This document shows, in pieces, positions 8,820-18,305 of a stretch of 64,000 nt of DNA (positions within the stretch are counted from its first letter, which is position 1; every line of letters begins with the position of its first letter). Position numbers and translations under genes: made by a program. The stretch comes from a virus. Taxonomy: Duplodnaviria > Caudoviricetes. The notes below the pieces were generated by a model. The model did no database searches, was not told where the DNA came from, and saw only the letters and a program-made list of their open reading frames with translations. The stretch spans positions 1,924-65,923 of IMG/VR virus record IMGVR_UViG_3300036832_001498. One strand, written 5' to 3'.

Positions 8820-9700
8820 TGTCGAATTTTCGCGTGCTGCTGATTTCGCCGCCCGGCTACGTGCACTCCGAAGCTCTGCGCGAAGTGGCCGAGACCCTGA
8901 TGTACGGGCTGCGCAGCCTCTCTCACCAGGCGGAGATCGCCTCCAGCTTCGCGCCCGGCGCGATCCACATCGTGCTCTGCCCCCATCTGCTTTCCTCGCG
9001 CAGCCAGCTGCCGCAGGGCACCATCCTCTACAACTTCGAGCAGCTGGGAGCGCCCCATCTCGAGTCTCTGATGCATCTCGCCCGCCACTATCCGGTGTGG
9101 GATTACAGCGCCCGTAATATGAAGCAGTGGCCGATCCGCATCGCGCCCATCGAAGTTCCGCTGGGCTATGTGAAGGAGCTGAACCGCATCGACTCTGCGC
9201 CCGAGCAGGACATCGATGTGCTGTTCTACGGATCGATCAATCGCCGCCGCCGCACGCTGGTCGAGCGGCTGCATCGCGCCGGGCTGAAGGTGATGACCCT
9301 GTTCGGCACCTACGGAGCGGAGCGCGACCGCATGATCGCCCGCTCGAAACTGGTGCTCAACATGCATTACTACCCGACGCAGATCTTCGAGGTGGTGCGT
9401 GTCTCCTACCTGCTGACCAATTCGAAGGCGGTGGTAGCGGAGTGCGACGACTCGACCGAGATCGACAAGGAGATGCGCTCGGCGGTGGCCTGCGTGCCCT
9501 ACGAGCTGCTGCGCGACAAATGCGTCGAGCTGGTACGCAATCAGCCGCTGCGCCGAGGCCTCGAGATTCGCGGCCACATCATTTTTTCGAAACGAAGCGA
9601 GAAAGAAATTTTGCGCACTGCGCTGGAGAAAACCTATGCCCCCAACCCGACCTTCATTGAATGCGATGCCTCCGATGCCACCATCGCCCGCGCCTGGTAA
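8819..9700 (+). CDS. Glycosyltransferase-like protein (GT-B fold)
   Basis: YNFEQL, VWDYS, DIDVLFYGSIN.RR, SKLVLNMHYY, FEVVRVSYLL. Confidence 0.75.
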   Translation: MSNFRVLLISPPGYVHSEALREVAETLMYGLRSLSHQAEIASSFAPGAIHIVLCPHLLSSRSQLPQGTILYNFEQLGAPHLESLMHLARHYPVWDYSARNMKQWPIRIAPIEVPLGYVKELNRIDSAPEQDIDVLFYGSINRRRRTLVERLHRAGLKVMTLFGTYGAERDRMIARSKLVLNMHYYPTQIFEVVRVSYLLTNSKAVVAECDDSTEIDKEMRSAVACVPYELLRDKCVELVRNQPLRRGLEIRGHIIFSKRSEKEILRTALEKTYAPNPTFIECDASDATIARAW

Positions 9701-9899
9701 CGGCACCGGCGATGACGATGAAGCTGCCGAATCACAACAGCTGGACGATCTGGAACAGCGCGTAAGCGCTCTGGAGCAGGCGGTGTTTGGCCCGCAGGGG
9801 TCAGCCGCTCCGGGTGGCCCTCCCAGCGGTGGGCCGGGAGGCCCCACTCAGGGCGGCGGTGGTCCGGGTGGTGGGGGCAATCCGTTTTTCGGAGGTTGA
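9636..9899 (+). CDS. Low-complexity small protein with short coiled coil, C-terminus NPFFGG
   Basis: GGAG RBS; LDDLEQRVSALEQ; Gly/Pro tail. Confidence 0.6.
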   Translation: MPPTRPSLNAMPPMPPSPAPGNGTGDDDEAAESQQLDDLEQRVSALEQAVFGPQGSAAPGGPPSGGPGGPTQGGGGPGGGGNPFFGG

Positions 9900-9902
9900 G
9901 CC

Positions 9903-10517
9903 ATGGCGTTCGGACATCCCAGTCAGCAAGATCACATGATGAGCGGCATCCGCCGGGCGATCTCATCGCCGCGCACGCCGGTGCATCTGAAACCGCATTT
10001 GCAGAAACGGCTCGGAGGAGGAGCATCCACCATGCAATCACTTGGAGTCGGTCGCATTCCCGGACTGGGCGCGGAGGCCAACACGGCAGGCGGACGCACC
10101 GCTAACACGCCTCCCAAGAAAGGGGTTCCCCATCTGGGCGCGATCTCGACGCCGCGCCCCAAGGGCGTGCCCAGCTCCGCGCCCATTCGCGCTCCACGAC
10201 CGGGTGCGCCCGGTCCTTCCAGCCTGAATTTGCCGAAGCCTCGCGGCGTGCCCGGACCTTCGACGGTGCTCAACATCAAGGGCAGCTCCGCCGACAAGGG
10301 CACTGCCGGTCCCGATCCCCAGACGCTGAAGGCACCCGGCGATCCCGGCAACCTGACTTGGGACATGAACAAGATGGTGCCGTCGTTTGACAACGTGCCG
10401 CGCTCGACCACCAAGCCTGCCTATCAGCGCACGCGAAAGCTGGCCAACAAGAAATACGGCTTCGGAAAATCGAAGAACATGAATTCCGCGCCCAACGCCA
10501 TGTTCGGCGAGTACTGA
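9903..10517 (+). CDS. Basic Pro/Gly-rich disordered protein, C-terminus NAMFGEY
   Basis: GGAGG RBS; 204 aa ORF in gene chain. Confidence 0.6.
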   Translation: MAFGHPSQQDHMMSGIRRAISSPRTPVHLKPHLQKRLGGGASTMQSLGVGRIPGLGAEANTAGGRTANTPPKKGVPHLGAISTPRPKGVPSSAPIRAPRPGAPGPSSLNLPKPRGVPGPSTVLNIKGSSADKGTAGPDPQTLKAPGDPGNLTWDMNKMVPSFDNVPRSTTKPAYQRTRKLANKKYGFGKSKNMNSAPNAMFGEY

Positions 10518-10879
10518 TGCAGACTTCGAGGTTATTCACCGTGCTTGCGGATGGCTCGCTGATGGCCTCTTTAACCAGGCAGGCGGGGGCTTTCATAGGC
10601 AGCAAGGGGGTGACGCTCAACCCTGATGGCTCGCTCTACGTCTCGCAGACCACGGGAGCTGCTAAAAAAACCACCACCGGGCTCACCTTCAATGTGGACG
10701 GGGCGATGCTGGTGAACCAGTCGAAGAAGGCCGGGATGTATGTGACCAGCGATGGTTTCAGTATCAATCCCAACAACGGTGCGGTTTACATCTCGCTGAC
10801 TAGACAGCCGGGGGCGCACGTCAACACCTTTCAGCTTACCTGCAATCCGGACGGTGCTTTGTTTACGACTCTGGTCTAG
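10517..10879 (+). CDS. Small beta-repeat protein (xNPDGxL repeats)
   Basis: About five imperfect repeats LADGSL/NPDGSL/NVDGAM/NNGAV/NPDGAL. Confidence 0.6.
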   Translation: MQTSRLFTVLADGSLMASLTRQAGAFIGSKGVTLNPDGSLYVSQTTGAAKKTTTGLTFNVDGAMLVNQSKKAGMYVTSDGFSINPNNGAVYISLTRQPGAHVNTFQLTCNPDGALFTTLV

Positions 10880-10888
10880 GGAGTTTTT

Positions 10889-11077
10889 ATGCCCGCTGTT
10901 TCTGCCGCGCAACAAAAGGCGATGGCGATTGCCGAGCACGCTCCGGGAAAGTTGTACGCCCGCAATCAGGGACTGCTGAAAATGTCGCACCAGCAGCTGC
11001 ACGACTTCGCCGCCACGCCGCGAAAAAATTTACCGGCACGAAAAAAGAAAAAGCCGGATGCGTTCTATGGAGAGTGA
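10889..11077 (+). CDS. Small basic protein (DUF3008-like), C-terminus DAFYGE
   Basis: MPAVSAAQQKAMAIA...MSHQQLHDFAATPRKNLP. Confidence 0.65.
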   Translation: MPAVSAAQQKAMAIAEHAPGKLYARNQGLLKMSHQQLHDFAATPRKNLPARKKKKPDAFYGE

Positions 11078-11083
11078 TCGGCC

Positions 11084-11452
11084 ATGAGCATCACGCTTAC
11101 CACCGGGTCGTTGGTTGTGGTCAACGGCACTCAGATCGAGAACAACACGACCGGAGGAGAGAGTCATTTCTCCATGGACTTTCTCGCCAACACCGTGAGC
11201 TTCGAACTGGTGCAGGGCACGATCCAGAGCGGCAACATCAATGCCGGGAACTATCCGCCGAAAATCACCGTCACCGTGAACCTGACGACGGGCGACTGGT
11301 TTGCGACCAGCGGAATGTCGGGACATATTCCACCCTCGAATCCGCAGCTGGTGGCGATTGCCAATCAGTTCAAGGCGGATCGCAATGCCATGGAGACGTT
11401 CGCCGCCGGTGCTTCGGGAATCATGCCGGGGACGCAGGTGCCGTGGCCGTAG
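11084..11452 (+). CDS. Hypothetical beta-rich protein
   Basis: GGAG RBS; 122 aa. Confidence 0.55.
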   Translation: MSITLTTGSLVVVNGTQIENNTTGGESHFSMDFLANTVSFELVQGTIQSGNINAGNYPPKITVTVNLTTGDWFATSGMSGHIPPSNPQLVAIANQFKADRNAMETFAAGASGIMPGTQVPWP

Positions 11453-11664
11453 ACAAAATTCCGCAAGCGCAATCCGGCTACATGGAGCTGGCCGGAGCGC
11501 GGAAGGACGCAGACTGCGGCAAGGTCGAGGTCAAGGGCGGGATCAGCATGGAACTGGGCTGCTGCAATTACTTCGAACCGGAAAACAGCAGCGTGAGCGC
11601 GTTCCGCTGCGGCAACTGTGAGTACCACGAACAGAAAAAACGAAATCCCTTTTACGGAGAGTGA
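11443..11664 (+). CDS. Small Cys-rich protein, C-terminus NPFYGE
   Basis: GTG start overlapping previous stop; C...GCCNYF...CGNC. Confidence 0.55.
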   Translation: MAVDKIPQAQSGYMELAGARKDADCGKVEVKGGISMELGCCNYFEPENSSVSAFRCGNCEYHEQKKRNPFYGE

Positions 11665-11665
11665 A

Positions 11666-11968
11666 ATGACTACGACTACTACACACACACCGACGCCCAC
11701 CCACAAGCCCGAGAGCACTCCGCAGTCCAGTAAGTCAGCCAAGGATGCTCCCGAGCCGGTCAACAGCGTGTACGGATTCAGCTACAGCGTGGCTTATCCC
11801 GATCTGCCGGTCGCTCCCTCGGGCGGCGATATCGGAGTTCGTGTGGTGGCTACTAGCTGGGAGGAGGCCAAGAGCAAGCTCGATGCGGTGATCACCGAGA
11901 AGTTTCCTGCGCCTGCCATTGTCGTGGTTCGTCAGGGCACCATGCTGGTGGAAGACGTAGTCGCCTAA
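11666..11968 (+). CDS. Hypothetical
   Basis: GGAG RBS; stop abuts TerL nuclease start. Confidence 0.55.
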   Translation: MTTTTTHTPTPTHKPESTPQSSKSAKDAPEPVNSVYGFSYSVAYPDLPVAPSGGDIGVRVVATSWEEAKSKLDAVITEKFPAPAIVVVRQGTMLVEDVVA

Positions 11969-13018
11969 ATGGTCCCGGACAACGCGGTCTCCTATCCCCA
12001 TCCCGGGATGGAGGTCTGGAAAAACCAGCACGGCATCACGGTGGCGCGTTTGCATTACAGCGCCGATCCCTTCAAGGGGGACGGCGAAAAAACCTTGGTG
12101 CCGGAGATCAACCGTTCGCTGTCGCCTTGGGCGCTCGCCGCCTACAAGGCGATGACCGATCCCAACCAGTACTTGAAGGAATATGAAATTGATGCTGAGG
12201 CGGCGCTGGGTGCGTTGCTGTTCCAGTTCGAGGAGCAGGCCACGGTGGAGAAATCGTTTCCTATTCCGACGCGCTGGACCCGGCGCATGGGAGTCGATCC
12301 TCATCCCGGGATTGCGCACGCCTTCTTGTGGTGTGCCACTGACCCCTGGGGGGACCGCTGGTACTACCGCGAGCTGTGGCCCTCCAAGTCCTGCTTCCGC
12401 TGGGAAGGGGGAGCCCTGCTGGGCAAGCCCGGTCCCTGCCCGCAGGATGAGAGGGGGCCACGAATTCAGGAGTATGTGGAAGCGCTGAAGTATCTCGAGT
12501 CCCAGGACAATCCGGAAAACTCCGACGGCAAAAAGTTCGAGGAAGAAATTTTCGAACGCGTGATCGACTACGCCGCCCGGGCTTTCGGCAAAGGCTCCAA
12601 CGATGATCCCGAGCAGGAAAACTATCAGCAGCGCTACGAGCAGCACATGTACAACCTCGAGCTGCGCCATCCCTTTTTCTCCGACGCCAAGAAGGACCGG
12701 CAGGTGGGGATCGAGCTGGTGAATATGGGATTGAAACCCATCGAGGTGATGGGCAACGACGGCGAGTATCGCACTCGCAGCCGTATTCACATCTTCGAGG
12801 ACCGCTGTCCCGAGCTGATCTTCCAGCTCAAAAACAATCGCCGCCAGCGGCTCACGCCTACTCAGGTGGAGCGCCAGGATCCCACCGGCAAGCCGGTGGC
12901 GGTGCGTAATCACATGACCGATCTACTGCGCTACATCGAAATGTCGAACCCGATCTTCATCAAGGCGGAAGCCATGGAGACAACCTTCCGCCCGCTAGTC
13001 GAGGGCTTTTCCTACTGA
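11969..13018 (+). CDS. terL: Terminase large subunit, C-terminal lid plus RNase H-like nuclease domain
   Basis: LHYSADP, YLKEYEID, RMGVDPHP...WCATDP.G..YYREL, NHMTDLLRY; directly upstream of portal. Confidence 0.75.
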   Translation: MVPDNAVSYPHPGMEVWKNQHGITVARLHYSADPFKGDGEKTLVPEINRSLSPWALAAYKAMTDPNQYLKEYEIDAEAALGALLFQFEEQATVEKSFPIPTRWTRRMGVDPHPGIAHAFLWCATDPWGDRWYYRELWPSKSCFRWEGGALLGKPGPCPQDERGPRIQEYVEALKYLESQDNPENSDGKKFEEEIFERVIDYAARAFGKGSNDDPEQENYQQRYEQHMYNLELRHPFFSDAKKDRQVGIELVNMGLKPIEVMGNDGEYRTRSRIHIFEDRCPELIFQLKNNRRQRLTPTQVERQDPTGKPVAVRNHMTDLLRYIEMSNPIFIKAEAMETTFRPLVEGFSY

Positions 13019-13019
13019 C

Positions 13020-15455
13020 GTGGTCGAACACAAATTTGTAACTGACATCATCCAGCGCCGCGATGAATCGCGAAAGTGGATGAGGAAAAACTTATGGGAC
13101 GAACTGACCACGGTGTGGCAGGGCATCAAGTGCCGCACCTCGCCCATCTACAAACGCGACAGCGCGGGCAACGAGCTGAAGGAAGAAGACAAGGCTCGCA
13201 CCAACGTGGCCATGCCGGATCTGAACATCATCTACCGGCGCAATGCGGCCCGCATGACGGCGCAGCCTTACCGCCTGCACTACATCGGCGGCGATCCCCA
13301 GATCGCGGACATGCTCAGCGCTCTGGCCATGCAGCAGTACGCACGCTCCAACGAGAACCAGCAGGACGTGCGCCTGATGCTGGCCTCGGAGGCCTTCGGC
13401 TACGGCTACACCAAACTGAAGTGGGACACGTTGGCCCGGACCATGATGTTTCGCCGGGCGATTGTGAAGAACGACAAGGTGGTCTTCCGCGACCGCGCTT
13501 CCATCATGAAAGCGCAGGGCGCACCTTCGGAAGAAATCAACGCAGCGGTCACCGAACTTGGCCCCGACATGGACGACGACGAACTGTCGCTCTACATCGG
13601 CAAGTCGGGGGTCAACGTGAATGTGCCCACCGATGTGAAGAAGTACGAAGGCCCCATCGTGCAGTGGGTCTTCAACGGCAATCTGTTCATCGAGCCTTTC
13701 GCGCTCACTCTCGATCAGTCCGACTACGCCATCGAGCAGTACCGGGAGAACGATCTCTGGTTGAAAAAGCAGATGAACCTCACCTACGAGGATCCCGATA
13801 CCGGCGTGGAGTGCCGCGCCTTTGACGGCGATGCGGTGGAGGAGCTGCTCTCCATGGAACCTGATATCGAGATTCGCCCCGATGAGTTGCGCGACATGTT
13901 CTTCGGTGCCGTGGGCAAGCAGGATGAACAGCAGTATCGCCTGCCCAAAAATCTGCGGGTCCGCCCCAAGTACGACATCTTGGAGCAGCACGCGATGGAC
14001 GAAGAAGACGGGCGCATGTGGATCACGTGGGTGAGCGAGAAGTACCGCGACAAAGCGCTGGGCCGCATGCCCTATCCCTGGGATCTCTACGGCAAGTACG
14101 CCTACACCGAGTGCGTGCCCATGCCCGATCTGATGTCGGCCTTCGGCGATTCCACCCCGCGCCTGGTGCGGCACCTCTACGCCATGCACAACCTGATCGT
14201 GGCCCAGAACTTCGACTACATCACGAATTTGCTGAAGCCTTTCATCCTCAAGCAGGCGGGTATGGAGATCCAGCCCGACATCGTGGTGCGCGGTCTGTTC
14301 CGCGAGCTGACGGTGAGCAATCTGAACGGCGTGAAGCCCATGACCGAGCCGCCGCTGCCCTCGGGCGCATTCGAGCGCGAGGCGCAGGTGATGCGCATGA
14401 TGACCATGTGCGAGCCTTCCATGACTTCGGCGGACGCCGGGACCGCCGATAATCCGCAGGCGGGAAAAACCGCCACCACTGCGATTCTCGCTTCCAAGGC
14501 CGCCGACGCACTCACGCAATTCAAATTCGACAACCGCAATCTCTATCTGCGCGAGCTGGGCATGAAGAAGCTGTGGATGAACCAGCAGGCAGCCGAGGAT
14601 CCGTGGGAGATCGAGAAAAAGAATTTCCCGCCGGAGCTGAGTGACAGCATCGCGGCCATGGCGGTAAAGCCGCAGTGGGCGCTGTCGGATCGCTACGGCA
14701 AGACGGTGGCGATCCGCCTCGATCCCATGGAAATTCAGGAGGACTACGAAGTCGAGCCCGAGGCCGGGAGCTATCTCGCGGTGGACGACGAGCTGAAGCA
14801 GGCGGCGGTAGCGCAGTTGGCCCAGACCGCCGCCGCCAGCCCGGGAGTGCTCGATCCCCAGAAGATCGTGCGCTTCCAGCTGAAAACCATTCGCGGCATC
14901 GGCAACCCGGATGACTTCCTCGCGCCGCCGCAGTCCCCGCCGCCGCCCATCAAGGGCAACATCAATTTCAACGTGCCGCTGGATAAGATGCCCGCCGATC
15001 TTGTGAACCAGATTCTTCCCCTGCTGGGCATGCAGCCCAGTCAGGAGCTGGTCGAGCGTGATCAGGCGCAGTCGGTGGTGCGCACCAGCGATATGGCGGA
15101 CGCTGCCGACAACATGCTTTCACCGCCGCAGCATGAGCAGGATGGAATGCAGATGCTGCACGAATCTTCCATGCAGGGCGCGGATCACGCCCACGAAACC
15201 ACTTCAAAGCTGCTCGATCACGCCCACCAGACCAGACAGACCGCGCTGCAGGGAGCGCAGCAGCGCACCCAGCAGGCGGCGCAACACGAGCAGGAAAGTT
15301 CGACGGCGGCGCAAGATCACGCTCGCGATCTGACCAAGCAGCTGATCGATCAGGCGCACCAGCGCTCTATGCAGGTGGACAAGGCGGGGCTTGATGCCGC
15401 CAACGCGCAGCTGCCGGGCTCGCCTGCGTCGTCGAAACCTAACGGAAAAGGTTGA
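13020..15455 (+). CDS. Portal protein (P22-like, long C-terminal extension)
   Basis: 811 aa after terminase; KTATTA, YEVEPEAGSYL-type motifs; helical Gln/His-rich tail. Confidence 0.75.
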   Translation: MVEHKFVTDIIQRRDESRKWMRKNLWDELTTVWQGIKCRTSPIYKRDSAGNELKEEDKARTNVAMPDLNIIYRRNAARMTAQPYRLHYIGGDPQIADMLSALAMQQYARSNENQQDVRLMLASEAFGYGYTKLKWDTLARTMMFRRAIVKNDKVVFRDRASIMKAQGAPSEEINAAVTELGPDMDDDELSLYIGKSGVNVNVPTDVKKYEGPIVQWVFNGNLFIEPFALTLDQSDYAIEQYRENDLWLKKQMNLTYEDPDTGVECRAFDGDAVEELLSMEPDIEIRPDELRDMFFGAVGKQDEQQYRLPKNLRVRPKYDILEQHAMDEEDGRMWITWVSEKYRDKALGRMPYPWDLYGKYAYTECVPMPDLMSAFGDSTPRLVRHLYAMHNLIVAQNFDYITNLLKPFILKQAGMEIQPDIVVRGLFRELTVSNLNGVKPMTEPPLPSGAFEREAQVMRMMTMCEPSMTSADAGTADNPQAGKTATTAILASKAADALTQFKFDNRNLYLRELGMKKLWMNQQAAEDPWEIEKKNFPPELSDSIAAMAVKPQWALSDRYGKTVAIRLDPMEIQEDYEVEPEAGSYLAVDDELKQAAVAQLAQTAAASPGVLDPQKIVRFQLKTIRGIGNPDDFLAPPQSPPPPIKGNINFNVPLDKMPADLVNQILPLLGMQPSQELVERDQAQSVVRTSDMADAADNMLSPPQHEQDGMQMLHESSMQGADHAHETTSKLLDHAHQTRQTALQGAQQRTQQAAQHEQESSTAAQDHARDLTKQLIDQAHQRSMQVDKAGLDAANAQLPGSPASSKPNGKG

Positions 15456-15706
15456 TGAACTGGACTGAGATGCAGCGCACGGCGGTGATGAATTTCCTCA
15501 ATGAATCATCGCCGGTGCGGGCAGGCCTCGATGTGTTCGTGCGTGAGCAGGCCGAGCACTGGCGCTCGATGTGCGCCGCCAACATGGCCACGGTGCCGCG
15601 CAATCCGGAAGCGGCTGCCGACTACGCCGCCCGGGCGCTGGCCTATGACGAGTTTTGGAGGTTGCTGGAGTTCGCCGTCGCGCAGGATGTCGCGGTCTCA
15701 AGCTGA
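15455..15706 (+). CDS. Small helical protein between portal and scaffold
   Basis: TGATG coupling; conserved gene position. Confidence 0.55.
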   Translation: MNWTEMQRTAVMNFLNESSPVRAGLDVFVREQAEHWRSMCAANMATVPRNPEAAADYAARALAYDEFWRLLEFAVAQDVAVSS

Positions 15707-15750
15707 AGTTTTGCTGCGGAACCAACCCGCAGTGAAGTGAGGAGTAAACC

Positions 15751-17001
15751 ATGGCCGCAGAAGCGAATGAGACTGCGAACCAACCGCAGTCAGGATCGCC
15801 GGAAACAGTCAATCCGTACGCAACCCTTCTAGGCAACGAACCCGATCTGGGCTTTGACTCTTCGGAAGAAAGTCCCGAACCCAGCGAAGAGCAGGAAGCG
15901 AGAGAGGGAGAAGTTGCCGAGCCGGAACAACCAGTTGAGAGCCAAGAGGCGCAAGCGGGAGAGACCGAACAGCCCACCGTTGAGGACTGGCTTAAGGATC
16001 TGACCCAGCGCGAAGCCGAGGACTACCAGCGACGTTATCCGACTGCCTGGAAAGCTCTCGTGTCGGCGGACACACCCGACGACATGAAGCAGCTGCTGGT
16101 CGACAAGATCAACACCGATCAGGAATATGCACAACTGCGAGCCCTGCAGACCGAAGAGGAAGAGGAACCAACCCTCGAAACCGCTGAGGAAGTAGAGCCG
16201 CAGGCAGCAGCTATACCGCAAGACCCGGCCAAGCTCCGGGAAGCCTATTACCAGCGCATCAACCAGATGGTGGAAGCGGTCGTGGATCCAGTTTCTCAGA
16301 AGCAACTGGGACTCGACCTGCTCAAAGGTTTTGGCGTGAACGTCGACCGGCTCAGCGATCCCAACCTGTCCCCGCAGGACAAGCAGGAATTGCAGGCGCT
16401 GGTAGCGAATGCGCCCACCGTTGGCAAGACGCTGGCGTCTGCCGCTGTCGATCTCATCAACACCGTGTTGCCACTGATCCTTCCCGAGGCACTTGAAATG
16501 GTGCAGCCGGGATCGAGTCGCGTGTACGAAAAACAGATGTACGCGATGCAGTGGGACTCGGTGCGCAATGAGGCCGATCCGCGAGGCCGGTTCCTGCCGC
16601 AGTACGGCTCGGAACAATTCAAGCAGGCCACGCGGGCAGCAGCCGGGCAGATACCGGGCTTCATGGAGATGGTCTTTCGCGATCCGAGTGGACGCGTCCT
16701 GCCGCAGCACGATCAGGCGCGTATGAAGTATTCCATTCTAGCCAAGATGATGACCGGGCAGAAAGTTTCACCGGCGGTAGTGGCGCAGGCAGTGCAGACA
16801 GGCCGGAAGCTGGCAGGCCAAGCCGAGCGGAAACGCAACGCGGGGCGAGCGCTGGGAGCGGGGCGACCAACAGACAGGACGTTCGGACGGGGAGCGACAG
16901 GCGGAGGCGATGACGATCCGGTGATGCAGGCGTTGGACGCAGAAATCATGCGCACCAACAACGACACTAGACCGGTCAGCCGCTATATGCCCAAGCGCTA
17001 A
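15751..17001 (+). CDS. Putative capsid scaffolding protein
   Basis: Highly acidic N-terminus, helical; between portal and capsid; GAGGAG RBS. Confidence 0.6.
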   Translation: MAAEANETANQPQSGSPETVNPYATLLGNEPDLGFDSSEESPEPSEEQEAREGEVAEPEQPVESQEAQAGETEQPTVEDWLKDLTQREAEDYQRRYPTAWKALVSADTPDDMKQLLVDKINTDQEYAQLRALQTEEEEEPTLETAEEVEPQAAAIPQDPAKLREAYYQRINQMVEAVVDPVSQKQLGLDLLKGFGVNVDRLSDPNLSPQDKQELQALVANAPTVGKTLASAAVDLINTVLPLILPEALEMVQPGSSRVYEKQMYAMQWDSVRNEADPRGRFLPQYGSEQFKQATRAAAGQIPGFMEMVFRDPSGRVLPQHDQARMKYSILAKMMTGQKVSPAVVAQAVQTGRKLAGQAERKRNAGRALGAGRPTDRTFGRGATGGGDDDPVMQALDAEIMRTNNDTRPVSRYMPKR

Positions 17002-17029
17002 TCGCTGAGCGTCGGTCGAGGAGAATCAC

Positions 17030-18211
17030 TTGCCGACTCACCAAATTTCTTCCTTCCAAACCTTTGCCACGACCGAGACTTCGAACGTTCGTGATGTCTC
17101 GACGCGGCTGTTGCTGCTGGAGGTGGACCGCACGCCGCTCTACGTGCTGACCAACAACAGCAAGCGGAAAGTCAACGTCTACTCACCTCGCATCGAGTTC
17201 TTCGAGGATGCCGATCTGGTCATGACCACGACTGTGTCGGTGGCCACTACCTCGGGCGCGGGCAGCCTCACGGTCACCGATGCCACCCTGTTCGGAGTGA
17301 ACGATGTGGTGCAGGTGGCCAGTGCCAACGTCTCCGCCACCATCGATGAACTGGTGCTGGTGAGTGCGGTCGGCACCAACACCATCACTGTCACTCGCGG
17401 CTTTGCTTCGACCTCGGCCAACGCCGTGGGCTCCGGCACCATCCTCAAGATCTTGGGTGTGGCGCAGACTGAGGCGGGCCCGATTGATGTGCCCCGCGCT
17501 CCTTCGAAGAACCCGAAGACCAGCGCGGCGCAGATCTTTGAGTGGCCCATCCAGCTCACCCGCACGGCGGCATCCACCCGCGTCTACGGCGACCGCGCAG
17601 AGCGGCCCCGCCTGCAGATGCTGGGCATGCGCCGACAGAAGCTGGAGATCGAGAACGCTGGTCTGTTTGCCAGCTACACCGAGACGCTCAGCGGAACTTC
17701 ATCGCGCTACACCACGATGGGGCTGCGCTCGATCATCTCCACCTTCAACACCGATGCGGGCGGCACCTCCACCCCGATGACCCTGAAAGTCTTCATGCAG
17801 TACTCGCGCTTCGCCTTCCGTTACGGCTCGCCCGAGAAACTGTTCATGGCGGCTCCCATCGTCAAAGAGGCGCTGGATTATTTCGCCGCCAACAAGCAGC
17901 TCACCCGGGCGGAGGACAAAGTCTTTGGCGTTTCGCTGAAGCGCTTCGTGACCTCGAACGGCACCTGGATGATCGCCAACAACTACAACATGGACGGCGG
18001 CGCGGTCGACGAGGCTTACGGGATCGATCTGCCGAGCGTGGAGTATTGCCCGTTGGTTGAGAACGGCATCAACAACGACACCCAGATGATCCTCGACTAC
18101 GACAAGACCAATCCCAAGGTCATCAAGGATCTGGTCTACACCCAAGCCGGGTGGAGGATCTGGCATCAGGCACGACACTCGCGGCTGTACGACGTGGGCG
18201 ACTACGCCTGA
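17030..18211 (+). CDS. Major capsid protein (SU10/DUF5309-like, with beta insertion)
   Basis: TPLYVL, QIFEWPIQLTRTA, KLEIENAGL, RYTTMGLRSII; TTG start with GAGGAG RBS; terminator follows. Confidence 0.8.
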   Translation: MPTHQISSFQTFATTETSNVRDVSTRLLLLEVDRTPLYVLTNNSKRKVNVYSPRIEFFEDADLVMTTTVSVATTSGAGSLTVTDATLFGVNDVVQVASANVSATIDELVLVSAVGTNTITVTRGFASTSANAVGSGTILKILGVAQTEAGPIDVPRAPSKNPKTSAAQIFEWPIQLTRTAASTRVYGDRAERPRLQMLGMRRQKLEIENAGLFASYTETLSGTSSRYTTMGLRSIISTFNTDAGGTSTPMTLKVFMQYSRFAFRYGSPEKLFMAAPIVKEALDYFAANKQLTRAEDKVFGVSLKRFVTSNGTWMIANNYNMDGGAVDEAYGIDLPSVEYCPLVENGINNDTQMILDYDKTNPKVIKDLVYTQAGWRIWHQARHSRLYDVGDYA

Positions 18212-18249
18212 GGACGAGTGTTCCTCCAATGGTTGCTTGTCTCCTAGTT

Positions 18250-18287
18250 GAAGGAGAGCGGGGGTGGCCTGCTCTCCTTCGTTTTTC
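18250..18287 (+). terminator. Rho-independent terminator after capsid gene
   Basis: GAAGGAGAGC...GCTCTCCTTC stem followed by GTTTTT. Confidence 0.75.
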
Positions 18288-18305
18288 TATTCGAGGAATC
18301 CCAAA

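Noticed and set aside
8584-11968. Group I/II intron or intein interrupting terL
   Set aside because: The gap is fully packed with coupled ORFs, with no HNH, LAGLIDADG, GIY-YIG or RT motifs and no room for a ribozyme core; neither half shows intein termini.
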